Assembly: GCA_038206875.1 (NCBI GenBank)
Contig: JBBRAK010000001.1
Span: forward strand, 1,037 to 65,036
Direction of reading: 5' to 3'
Origin: Candidatus Saccharimonadales bacterium
Lineage (GTDB): Bacteria; Patescibacteriota; Saccharimonadia; Saccharimonadales; JBBQAJ01
DNA length: 64,000 bases
Both the position numbers and the translations under genes were made by a program. Positions 1-8,726 of the stretch are shown piece after piece. The notes beneath the pieces are model-generated. The model saw nothing but the letters and a program-made list of their open reading frames with translations, was not told the origin of the DNA and searched no databases. Within the stretch, counting starts at the first letter, position 1. Every line of letters starts with the position of its first letter.

Positions 1-1
1 T

Positions 2-1189
2 ATAACCGGCTCAGCTAGTGTTATACCTACAACTGGCACCGACTCAACTCTAAGCGGTGGTAAGGCAATAATGTTTGCCTCTGCTTCAAATCCGTCTGGA
101 AGCGATTTCCATACTTGTTATCCCGATGCCTTCTGTACACCTAGCAATCAGGTGGTCGTAATGAATGGTGCAAACATACGATATGTTGGCGAGAATACCA
201 ACGTAACTAGTCTAGCGCAAATGCAGAAACTGAAAACAACGGGTTTTAATTCGGTAAGATTGGTAATGGACTGGGAAGCTTTCCAGCCTTCATCGGGAAC
301 AGGAGGCTTTAGTACGACAGTTTTTAATAATCTTAAATCTGCAGTTGATAATGCTACATCGGCTGGTATTTATGTAATTTTAGATCCTATACACTTTGGC
401 GGTACGGGTACTTCTTGCGGTAGTTCAGCGCTATGCATTCCATCATGGGCAAGGGTTAGCTCCAGTGGAACGTATCAGGGGGCTGCAAAAAGTGTCCAAG
501 CTAATGCACGAGACTATATAGAAAAAGTAGCAGGCGACTACGCAAACAACCCAACGGTTGTTGCTATAGATCTTGTGAACGAACCAAAACCTGATCCATT
601 CAATGGTGATGACAACTTGCTAATGTCTATGTACAGCACTCTCATAGGATGGGCTAGAGGTAAGGATCCGGATAAAATTTTAATTGTTGAGCCTGACAGC
701 GGTGGTGGTTTGGCCCCATTGGCGGCGCTAAAGACACTCAGTAGGAAAGATAACATAGTGTTTTCGTTCCATCATTACTACGGAGGGGCTCATAACTCCA
801 ACGGAACACTTATTAGTGGCTGTAACCCTTCTGGATATAATAACTCCGGGGGTGATTGTGGTAATCATACATATGAAAATAATGCGGGGTACCCTGTAAT
901 TATACCAAGCGATCTTCGTGCTCAGTTCCAAGCCAATCTCGACGTACTTGCTGACCCAGCACTTAAACTTCCGCTTTGGGTGGGAGAATGGGGGATTATT
1001 GAGGGTGGTGCAAACTCAGTACAGTGGCGAAAAGACATGACAGCAATATTTAAGGATTTAAAAACCGGTCGCGCATATTGGCAATTTGCTAACTCTACAA
1101 ATGATCCACCGACTCAAAACATGTCGATGACGGTTGAGGGGTCCAGTACTCCTGGTGCGTTCAAATCTTGGATTAATGATATTCTATAA
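2..1189 (+). CDS. Glycoside hydrolase family 5 (cellulase/mannanase-type), 5'-truncated by window edge
   Basis: The frame is open from nt 2, so the true start lies upstream of the window. Upstream residues ITGSASVIPTTGTDSTLSGGKAI match the leader module of ORFs 7670 and 11889. GH5 hallmarks are present: DLVNEP (acid/base Glu), FSFHHYY and WVGEWG (nucleophile Glu). Confidence 0.8.
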   Translation: MTGSASVIPTTGTDSTLSGGKAIMFASASNPSGSDFHTCYPDAFCTPSNQVVVMNGANIRYVGENTNVTSLAQMQKLKTTGFNSVRLVMDWEAFQPSSGTGGFSTTVFNNLKSAVDNATSAGIYVILDPIHFGGTGTSCGSSALCIPSWARVSSSGTYQGAAKSVQANARDYIEKVAGDYANNPTVVAIDLVNEPKPDPFNGDDNLLMSMYSTLIGWARGKDPDKILIVEPDSGGGLAPLAALKTLSRKDNIVFSFHHYYGGAHNSNGTLISGCNPSGYNNSGGDCGNHTYENNAGYPVIIPSDLRAQFQANLDVLADPALKLPLWVGEWGIIEGGANSVQWRKDMTAIFKDLKTGRAYWQFANSTNDPPTQNMSMTVEGSSTPGAFKSWINDIL

Positions 1190-1277
1190 AAAGGCTACTA
1201 TCCAGAAAAGCTTAGGGCAGTGAACAGATTATTTATTGGACAATAATTTTTAAATAATAGTATTATACTTAAGAACA

Positions 1278-2384
1278 ATGAAATATTTAAAGAATATTAT
1301 TCACAGAAAACGAAACCTAGCGATATTTATTACGTTATTTGCTGTCATTGGGGCAGTTTCACTTATTATCAGTAGAGCCGCGACGCCAACATTAAGTATT
1401 GAACCAGAAACAGGGACAATACAACCTCCAGCTACGTCTATTGATGACACTTCTGCATCTGGTGGTAAGGCGGTTAAATTTAGCGTTGCGACTTCCGGAG
1501 GTGGTGTGTCCTCAGACACTCCATGTGTGGGAGCGTCGGCTCCAAGTCAGTGGAAGCACATTATCGTAGTTATGTTTGAGAATCACACGTGGTCAGAAGT
1601 TGTCGGTAGCTCATCCCCATATATAACCGGACTTATTAACAAATGTGGTGCAGCATATAGTGGTAGCAACGGGACTACCCAAAAAAATAACTGGCATGAC
1701 GGAAACTTTAATGTGGACGGTACGACCAATGGCAATTACAATTCCAAGCCGAGCTATGCAACTTTGACGAACGGCCTATCTCCTACAGTACACGGACTAA
1801 CAGATGACACATACTCTACGACAACAAGCGTCGATAATATCTACAAACAGTTGATTGCATCAGGAAAGAACGGCAAAGATTATTATAGTGGTTCGGCATC
1901 TAGTACACCCTGTTCGGGTTCAAACTTTAGTGGCGCTTATCACGATGCCATCAGGTACTACACCCCAACTATTGGTTCAGCATATTGCAATAGTCACGAT
2001 GTGCCTATAAGCACATTCATGAATGATGTAAACGGGACTTTGCCAGAGTTTTCATTGATACTCCCAACTAATGGTGAAAACATGCACGATAATAGTGTCT
2101 CTAGCGGGGATACTTGGGCCAAAAACTTCTTAAATCCAATATTTGACAGTGCTAGATATAAGTCTGGCGACACTGCCGTGTTCTTTTTGTTCGACGAGGA
2201 AACACCAATACCTAACGCTCTAGTAGCGCCATCTATAAAGCCAGGCTCGAAAGTACCGTCTCCCTCTGGAAACCCAATTAGCCATTTTTCAGCAACACGA
2301 ACCTGGACTGAGATGCTCGGCTTGCCTCCGTTGGGTGTGTCCGGCCAAGCCCCAAGCCTACTTTCTTTCTTCAACGGACAGTAG
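1278..2384 (+). CDS. Secreted phosphoesterase-family protein (acid phosphatase / PLC-like, PF04185-type)
   Basis: The N-terminus has a basic region, a TM segment and ISRAATPTLSIEPETGT...SGGKAVKF (the shared leader). The body has KHIIVVMFENHTWSEVVG, SKPSYATLTNG, LPEFSLILPTNGENMHD and SGDTWAKNFL, which match the phosphoesterase family pattern. Confidence 0.65.
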   Translation: MKYLKNIIHRKRNLAIFITLFAVIGAVSLIISRAATPTLSIEPETGTIQPPATSIDDTSASGGKAVKFSVATSGGGVSSDTPCVGASAPSQWKHIIVVMFENHTWSEVVGSSSPYITGLINKCGAAYSGSNGTTQKNNWHDGNFNVDGTTNGNYNSKPSYATLTNGLSPTVHGLTDDTYSTTTSVDNIYKQLIASGKNGKDYYSGSASSTPCSGSNFSGAYHDAIRYYTPTIGSAYCNSHDVPISTFMNDVNGTLPEFSLILPTNGENMHDNSVSSGDTWAKNFLNPIFDSARYKSGDTAVFFLFDEETPIPNALVAPSIKPGSKVPSPSGNPISHFSATRTWTEMLGLPPLGVSGQAPSLLSFFNGQ

Positions 2385-2397
2385 ATTCAAGCTGATT

Positions 2398-2931
2398 TTA
2401 GGTAGACTTTTCTAGGGATAGAATTTTCGAACCTGGCAGTGAAGCCAATAGCTTGCCTGAAACTAGAAGTTTGGAGTTTCTAACTCCGCTACCAATTACC
2501 ACGAGCTTTTTGTCTAGAACTGAGCCATCGACCAAAATAGGCCATCCAGCTGGTAATCCAACAGGTGTTATCGCACCATAGACCATTTTGGAATCGTTTA
2601 CAGCTTTGTCCATAGAGGCAAATGATATTTTGCGAGCACCTAGCTCGCGCCGAACTATCCCATTGATGTCAGCGCGAATAGTAGCTGGCACCATACATGC
2701 GGCTAGCCAAGATTTGTCAGAGCGTTTAGCTTCTACAATCACACAATTCACACAATCGTCTGGATCTATCTGGTAGGCCTCGCAAAAGGTTGCGGTGTCT
2801 GAGTAATTGTCGTCGATCTCGGCCACTAATATACCTTCTAGTCCTAATTTTTCAATTGTTTGTTTGGCGACTTCGCTAATCAGCCCTAAGTTGTCTTCTA
2901 CTGGTTTGAATTCTAAATTTCCAAGTTTCAT
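2398..2931 (-). CDS. YbaK/EbsC-type aminoacyl-tRNA trans-editing domain protein
   Basis: The 177-aa size fits the family. Motifs resemble YbaK/ProX deacylases: CVIVEAKRSD..., KISFASMDKAV and GAITPVGLPAGWPILVD. Confidence 0.6.
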   Translation of the reverse strand: MKLGNLEFKPVEDNLGLISEVAKQTIEKLGLEGILVAEIDDNYSDTATFCEAYQIDPDDCVNCVIVEAKRSDKSWLAACMVPATIRADINGIVRRELGARKISFASMDKAVNDSKMVYGAITPVGLPAGWPILVDGSVLDKKLVVIGSGVRNSKLLVSGKLLASLPGSKILSLEKST

Positions 2932-3042
2932 CTTTACTCCTTACAAATTAAATTATACTGGCTTTGCCAGAGTTATAACGAATTGAGTATACGAGCTAGA
3001 ATCCTTTGTAAGTTTTCATCTATTTATAATAACAAACCTGGG

Positions 3043-3573
3043 CTATCGGTGGGTGGCGATATAGTCCACTGCGTCTAGTAAGTCCGGGGCGGTGTGGGTA
3101 GCTTTACCGGATTTAACTTTGACGTTCCCTGTTTGCACAAGTATTGTTCTGGTTCCGGCGTTGACTCCGGTTTCTATATCTGTTGAGCGATCCCCAACCA
3201 TCCAAGAACTTGCCAGGTCAATGTCGTAATTCTTGGCAGCGTCTACTAACATTTTGGGCTTTGGTTTGCGGCATTCACAGGTATCGCCTTCGCCGTGCGG
3301 ACAAACATAGGTTTTGGTTATTTTTATCCCACTTTGAGCAATCATCTCGACTAACTTACCGTTAATTTCTTCAAAGTCAGACATTGATATGAGTCCTTCG
3401 GATATACCTGCTTGATTGGTGATAAAAAACACAGCGTAATCAAGGTTAGCCAGTTTCCTTAGAGCTTCAATTACGCCCGGCAATAGTTTAAGCTTATCGA
3501 CACTATCTACACGCTCATAAACTGGTATTCCAACGTTTATGGTCCCGTCTCTATCTAAAAATACAGCTTTCAT
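3043..3573 (-). CDS. gmhB: HAD-IIIA phosphatase, D,D-heptose 1,7-bisphosphate phosphatase (GmhB)-like
   Basis: It carries MKAVFLDRDGTIN (DxDGT nucleophile motif), FFITNQAGI, the Zn motif CPHGEGDTCECRKPKPKM and a GDRSTDIETG tail. Confidence 0.8.
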   Translation of the reverse strand: MKAVFLDRDGTINVGIPVYERVDSVDKLKLLPGVIEALRKLANLDYAVFFITNQAGISEGLISMSDFEEINGKLVEMIAQSGIKITKTYVCPHGEGDTCECRKPKPKMLVDAAKNYDIDLASSWMVGDRSTDIETGVNAGTRTILVQTGNVKVKSGKATHTAPDLLDAVDYIATHR

Positions 3574-3606
3574 AGTTTTAGAATAACAAATTTGGGGGAG
3601 AGTTCG

Positions 3607-4014
3607 CTAGGGTTGCTTTAGATGCTTGTCTATTAGCTCAATATCTTTAAGGTCTTTTGGGCGTCCAGAGGCGAGCTTCCACTTTCTTACTTCGTCTAGA
3701 GAGGCAAAAGCGATGCCGTCGACTATGTCAGCTGTCAACAGCAAATGTTCCAAAGTGGGAGTATAAGAACTAAAGTTCCATCTGAAATGCGCTTCAAAAT
3801 CACCATGAGTTAATGGATTGTCTTTGGGTCCTTTGTGGGCGAGCTTCCAGCCATTTTTCTGTAGTTGATAGAACAGCTCTTTGCTAACAAGCATATCTAT
3901 ATCTTGTGATTCCCTAATTCCTGCCAGTGCAAGAGGACAACTGCCAAAAACGACATAGGAATTTTTCGGTAGGTTCAAGCCTGCAACTTTACTAATAATT
4001 TCTTTTGACGTCAT
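3607..4014 (-). CDS. Minimal nucleotidyltransferase-fold protein (pol-beta superfamily), function unknown
   Basis: The pol-beta NTase signature is present as FGSCPLALAGIRESQDIDMLV (hG[GS]x9-13DhD). A C-terminal RPKDLKDIELI motif is also present. No HEPN partner is seen. Confidence 0.5.
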   Translation of the reverse strand: MTSKEIISKVAGLNLPKNSYVVFGSCPLALAGIRESQDIDMLVSKELFYQLQKNGWKLAHKGPKDNPLTHGDFEAHFRWNFSSYTPTLEHLLLTADIVDGIAFASLDEVRKWKLASGRPKDLKDIELIDKHLKQP

Positions 4015-4090
4015 TTATGAAATTATACTCTAGCGGGTATGTAGAATCTGCTATAATTTGTTAAATAATCGTAAGAGATGAGACAAAAAA

Positions 4091-4540
4091 ATGGTAGACA
4101 GGATTAATTTTGATATTTACGGAGAGGTCCTAACAAGGGCGTCAGCTCTAAGCTATGAGGCAGAGCGTGCTGGAATAGACCCTGATTCGGTTGCTATAAG
4201 GAACTCCATACTATCTGAAGTATCTGGGCGTTATGGCCCGAACAGTATGGTGGAAGCCGAATTAATAGTCGCCGCTCGTACCGCCGGTCGACTGGCAGTA
4301 CTGGCAGACAAAGCAGAGGCAGAGGGTTTTGGCAGTGCAGTAGCTCGGCTAGAACTGTGGTTAGGTGTGCAAATGGGCGACCCACTTGCTATGCCAGCTA
4401 TGGTGCCAGGCGGAATTGTTGACACAATTAGGGGGGTTGTTGGTATTGAGCCAATGCCCATATCATTGTTTGAACCGAGCGGGAAAGACATCCCTGAAAT
4501 CGCAGACTTGCCGGTGGCTGGCGAGCTCAGATTGGCATAA
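4091..4540 (+). CDS. Hypothetical protein (Ala/Gly/Arg/Pro-rich orphan)
   Basis: This is a 149-aa ORF with no recognisable motif. Its composition (A, G, R, E, P rich, no His) differs from its K/N/I-rich neighbours. Only weaker antisense ORFs overlap it. Confidence 0.5.
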   Translation: MVDRINFDIYGEVLTRASALSYEAERAGIDPDSVAIRNSILSEVSGRYGPNSMVEAELIVAARTAGRLAVLADKAEAEGFGSAVARLELWLGVQMGDPLAMPAMVPGGIVDTIRGVVGIEPMPISLFEPSGKDIPEIADLPVAGELRLA

Positions 4541-4614
4541 AACCTTAACAATGATGGTATAATTAATATAATCGATCTCTCGATACTTCGAACAAAGAAC
4601 TAGAAATAAAAAGT

Positions 4615-5766
4615 ATGAAACTAAAATATAAAATCAGTTTAATCCTATCAATCGTAATGGTATTTTTCGGAGTACTTTCAGTTGATGTGTCTACCGCCGC
4701 GGGAACAGCTTCTTTCAGCCTAAGCCCTAGTAGCGGGAGCTACAATATAAACACTAACTTTACGGTGACAGTTTATGAAAATAGCGGTTCAGATGCGGTT
4801 AGTGCGGTAGAGGCAGATCTAGCATATGATCAAGCGAAACTGCAGTTTGTCAGCACTGATACCAGTACCAGCGCTTTTGATGTTTCGTCCGTTAGCTCTG
4901 GGGGAAGCGGCTATGTTAATTTCCAAAGAAGTAAAACTGGCACACTTACCGGAAATCAAATTGTCGGAAAAGTGACATTCAAAGCCTTACTTGGCTCGGG
5001 TACTACCTCCGTAACATTTGCCCCAAGCTCGGCAATAAGTACATCAGGCAACACTAACATTTGGGATGAATTAACGACTGGCGGAACGTATACTATGACA
5101 ACGCCAGCACCGGTTAGTGACAGCAGTCCATCTGTTGGCACAACATCGAGTTCTAGCCCAAGTGCTGGTTCTGTCGCAAAAAGCAAACCGTCGTCAACAA
5201 CTGCTGATAGTTCGTCTGGCGCAGAGGCCGAAAAAAATAACTCATCTGAATCAGTTGTAGCAAATAACGATTCGACTTCGACTAGCTACTTGGTTTCTGT
5301 AAAAATAGTAAATAGTAAGGGCAAACCTCAAGTAGGTATAGACGTGGCACTGGGCAGTAACTACGCCAAAACTGATTCTACAGGGGTTGCGAGCTTTAGC
5401 GGGATTACGCCTGGAAGCTACAAGGTGAACGTACAGGGAGGCAAGATAATGGGCGATTCGACAATCGTCGTAGACGGCACTAAGTCAACTAAACAAGTCC
5501 AACATTTTGAGCTCAAGCTGAAAGCAGTTCTGGGTTTGCCAATATTGTTAGAAGTTGGAGGAGGAATAGTTCTAGTGATAATAATTGGTTACTTATTACT
5601 TCATAAGACTTCGTTTAGGCAAATGTTGGGAAAGCTGTCGGGTAAAAGTTCTGTACCAGATAAACATCCAGCTCCAACGTCTACAGTGTTTAGTGGTTCT
5701 GTTATTCAGCCGACGGTTGTTAGCACTGAGGCGAACGTTAAGGAGTCCAAGTTACAGAGTTATTAG
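4615..5766 (+). CDS. Surface protein: signal peptide + cohesin-like domain + S/T-rich linker + CarboxypepD_reg-like domain + TM anchor
   Basis: The signal peptide is MKLKYKISLILSIVMVFFGVLSVDVSTAAG. A cohesin-like segment reads FSLSPSSGSYNINTNFTVTVYENSG..VSAVEADLAYDQAKLQFVS..GKVTFKAL. It also has VKIVNSKGKPQVGIDVAL...TDSTGVASFSGITPGSYKV and a TM segment ILLEVGGGIVLVIIIGYLLL. Confidence 0.6.
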   Translation: MKLKYKISLILSIVMVFFGVLSVDVSTAAGTASFSLSPSSGSYNINTNFTVTVYENSGSDAVSAVEADLAYDQAKLQFVSTDTSTSAFDVSSVSSGGSGYVNFQRSKTGTLTGNQIVGKVTFKALLGSGTTSVTFAPSSAISTSGNTNIWDELTTGGTYTMTTPAPVSDSSPSVGTTSSSSPSAGSVAKSKPSSTTADSSSGAEAEKNNSSESVVANNDSTSTSYLVSVKIVNSKGKPQVGIDVALGSNYAKTDSTGVASFSGITPGSYKVNVQGGKIMGDSTIVVDGTKSTKQVQHFELKLKAVLGLPILLEVGGGIVLVIIIGYLLLHKTSFRQMLGKLSGKSSVPDKHPAPTSTVFSGSVIQPTVVSTEANVKESKLQSY

Positions 5767-5787
5767 TTTCTACTACAAGCTTCAATC

Positions 5788-5946
5788 CTAATACGTTTTA
5801 GTCACGACTTGCCGGGTTTGGTGCGAGGTTAGCTTTTCAATCAAATCGTGAGGAAAGTTAGAGATGTATTCGTCAATATTTTTGTAAGAGTTCTTAGGCA
5901 TCACCCAAGTACATACCAATGAAGATGCAGACTTTACGACTGTCAT
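5788..5946 (-). pseudogene. Possible remnant of a DUF1801/YdhG-like gene (N-terminal fragment only)
   Basis: Manual reverse translation gives MTVVKSASSLVCTWVMPKNSYKNIDEYISNFPHDLIEKLTSHQTRQVVTKTY*. The NIDEYISNFP...IEKL segment resembles the DUF1801 N-terminus (tvdEYIasfP..vqe.l). Family members are about 120 aa, and this reading frame stops after 37-52 aa. Confidence 0.3.
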
Positions 5947-6004
5947 TGACAAATTAAGTGGTTTATGCTAGAATTATATCTGTTAAACAAAAATAAACAT
6001 AAAC

Positions 6005-7531
6005 ATGTCAGAACAACAATCTACGCGTATACCCGATGTCGACCGTTCGCAGATGGGTCATCAAGTTCTTCAGGCTGTCGATGAGGGTTTTATAGCTATG
6101 AATCCTGAAACGGCTGATAGGTTTGTAGCGCCTTGGGTAAGTCGCTATCAGAGGTACGTCAGTAATCAGGAAATGGGTCTACCCCAGAAAATTTTAGACG
6201 ATTCGAAAAAGTTAATGACGGCAGAGAAGCTATCTACCTTGCCCGCAGAATACTTAGAACAACCAGGGGTTGCGTATTCCTTTGACCGGCTAATTACTAA
6301 CTATGCTTATGACAGTGGTCAACTAAAAGAATTGGTGAATGAGCTGGAAGTTAAGCCTATGGAAGAAGTCCCCGAGCGCAAGCTTCTTGATTTGATTCAC
6401 GGTGAAAATCGAAAACCGAGCAAACCCTACATGTTCTCCAGAGTGTTTCTGGGGTTGGATGGCGATATAACTGATGACAAATTTCAGAAATTAATAAAGC
6501 TACACGCCGACGCGCTAAAGGTAGCCCAAGAACACCTGGATTCGCAACTTCCAAGACTAAAGAATGATTTTTATACAAAACTCGATGAACTAATTGGCAC
6601 GGGGGTATTGCCCAAAAATATAACTTTTCCGGGTCAAGATGGCGACCCAGACTCTAACGGCGAAGCGAGGTTACGACAACTAGAAGTTATCGCAAGCGAC
6701 CCTGTAATTAACAGATTAAGTGATAGAGGCGGGCATTATGATGCACAGGAAAATGCCGTGTATATTGATGCAGACCGGGTTTTAGGTAGTGGGCGCTCGC
6801 GAACTATGGAAGACACCTATACACACGAAATGGTTCATGCTCATTCCGGCCACACGGTAATACTGAACGGAAAATCAATGTTTGAGGCGGTTGCGGAAAT
6901 CGATGGAGGTACGGATAATTACCGCGCAGAATCAGGGCAAAGTGAGGATGTCACGGAAGTTTATAGGAATGATCCAGATACTTTTGGCCCAATTCTGGGC
7001 GTCACTAGAGTAGGTTTGATGAAAAAGGTTAACATCATCAATGAGGCGTATACCGAATGGGCGACTATGTTGCTGAAAGACAGGCCGTATGATCAAACTA
7101 CTCTGTGGTCTGATTACGAGAGACTGATAGACGACGGCACTAATCTAAACGTAGAAATTACTGGACAGGCCCATTTATATGAAGAATACGGGGATGTATA
7201 TTTGCCAAACAGAATTATTATGGCCGGTTTGGTAGCCCACGGTATAGACCCAATAGTAATTGGTGAAGCCTACTTTGAATCTTACGAACCTAAGCTCAAC
7301 AACCCTAATCGTGGAGCTGGCAGTACTGTACCGGCTAGGCGCGCTTTAGACGTTGCAATTTCCAAGATTACTCCCTATAAATCGCTCGAACAACTACAAA
7401 AAAGGCTTTGGGTGCAGGCCAGAAAGCGGTGGCCGAAAGTGCGCGATTATAATGACCTTGCTTGGGGTCAGGCATTAATTTTGAGTGAAATTTTGAGAAC
7501 TGGTACAGAAGAGTTTGCTTCCCCCGGTTAA
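6005..7531 (+). CDS. Orphan zincin-like metallopeptidase candidate (HExxH), no signal peptide
   Basis: This is a 508-aa ORF. HEMVH lies at nt 6824-6838 in the context TYTHEMVHAHSGH. A possible third-ligand motif INEAYTEW sits about 60 aa downstream, which is a gluzincin-like arrangement. I recognise no other family. Confidence 0.55.
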   Translation: MSEQQSTRIPDVDRSQMGHQVLQAVDEGFIAMNPETADRFVAPWVSRYQRYVSNQEMGLPQKILDDSKKLMTAEKLSTLPAEYLEQPGVAYSFDRLITNYAYDSGQLKELVNELEVKPMEEVPERKLLDLIHGENRKPSKPYMFSRVFLGLDGDITDDKFQKLIKLHADALKVAQEHLDSQLPRLKNDFYTKLDELIGTGVLPKNITFPGQDGDPDSNGEARLRQLEVIASDPVINRLSDRGGHYDAQENAVYIDADRVLGSGRSRTMEDTYTHEMVHAHSGHTVILNGKSMFEAVAEIDGGTDNYRAESGQSEDVTEVYRNDPDTFGPILGVTRVGLMKKVNIINEAYTEWATMLLKDRPYDQTTLWSDYERLIDDGTNLNVEITGQAHLYEEYGDVYLPNRIIMAGLVAHGIDPIVIGEAYFESYEPKLNNPNRGAGSTVPARRALDVAISKITPYKSLEQLQKRLWVQARKRWPKVRDYNDLAWGQALILSEILRTGTEEFASPG

Positions 7532-7669
7532 AACTCCTAGTGCTTGCAAGGGTCTGCCACAATATTCGGATCGTTTATCCACAGCTTTGAGCTGAGCTTA
7601 TACGAAAAAGATTGCTATTAGCATTTTGCCAATCTATACTCAAGCCTAAGCAGTTAGGCAGTAGTATAT

Positions 7670-8710
7670 ATGAGCAAAAGAAAAGCTAGTATAAAAAGAA
7701 CGAGGGAGTTAATGCAAAACAAGCGCAACGTATTTATATTCGTGGGAGTGTTTGCTTTAATCGGTGTTGCAACACTGCTTATAAGTAAAGTAGCTACACC
7801 AGCCTATAGTGTAGAGGCCGAAGATGGAACAAGAACGGGCTCAGCCAGCATAATTCCAGCATCAGGAACTGATTCAACGTTAAGTGGTGGTAGGGCAATT
7901 GCATTTGGAAGCGCCGTAACACCACCACCATCCACAGGCCAACCACCCACTGCAGTTACTGGCGGAGCGACATGGAATACACTGTGGGCCGATGAGTTTA
8001 ACGGCTCCAGTATAGATACAAGTAAATGGAATGTTCTGAATAATAGTAACTACGGAACTGGAAACAACGAAGAAGAATGTTATATGACTGGTAATACTGT
8101 TGTCTCTGGAGGATCGTTAAGACTCATCGGAAAACAAGACTCAAATAACGGTTGTTCTGGTTACAAATATACTTCCGGATTTATAACTACCAGCAAACTT
8201 GGCGGTTCGCAAAAGTTTAAGTTCAAACAAGGTTATACCGAAATCAGGGCTAGGCTACCCAAGGGTGGTGGTTGGTGGCCAGCATTTTGGCTGGTAGGTG
8301 CCGACACCGCACCAGGTTGGCCTGCATATGGAGAGATAGATGTTATGGAAGCATACGGTACATACCCATGCTGTATTGAAGAAACCTTCCACTGGGATAA
8401 CGGTGGGCACAAACAAGAAGGAGGTGCGTCTAGAGATGTAGGTAGTACAGATAATACCGATTGGCATACCTACGGAGTCAATTGGACTGCTAGCAAGCTT
8501 GATTTTTACATCGACGGCGTAAAGAAGCAAACTTTCACTCCTTCCGATTCTGGTGCGACAGCTGCGCTGGGATATGAGCATACAATTGATATAAACCTAG
8601 CTATAGGCGGTGATGGACCAAGAAAATATCATGGCTGGAATGGAACCTGGGCTAGCGGTGATCTTCCTGGAACATATGAAGTTGATTATGTAAGAGTATG
8701 GCAACCATGA
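7670..8710 (+). CDS. Secreted glycoside hydrolase family 16 (beta-glucanase/laminarinase type)
   Basis: It has the shared leader (TM segment, then ATPAYSVEAEDGTRTGSASIIPASGTDSTLSGGRAIAFGS). It also has WADEFNGSSIDTSKWN, the GH16 catalytic motif GEIDVMEAYG (ExDxxE) and a DYVRVWQ end. Confidence 0.85.
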   Translation: MSKRKASIKRTRELMQNKRNVFIFVGVFALIGVATLLISKVATPAYSVEAEDGTRTGSASIIPASGTDSTLSGGRAIAFGSAVTPPPSTGQPPTAVTGGATWNTLWADEFNGSSIDTSKWNVLNNSNYGTGNNEEECYMTGNTVVSGGSLRLIGKQDSNNGCSGYKYTSGFITTSKLGGSQKFKFKQGYTEIRARLPKGGGWWPAFWLVGADTAPGWPAYGEIDVMEAYGTYPCCIEETFHWDNGGHKQEGGASRDVGSTDNTDWHTYGVNWTASKLDFYIDGVKKQTFTPSDSGATAALGYEHTIDINLAIGGDGPRKYHGWNGTWASGDLPGTYEVDYVRVWQP

Positions 8711-8726
8711 TAAAGGAGTTATGATA

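Noticed and set aside
7575-7583. Perfect DnaA box TTATCCACA in the spacer before the GH16 gene.
   Set aside because: It is a single isolated 9-mer, and roughly one chance occurrence is expected in 64 kb on two strands. There is no cluster of boxes, no adjacent AT-rich unwinding element and no dnaA or dnaN nearby.
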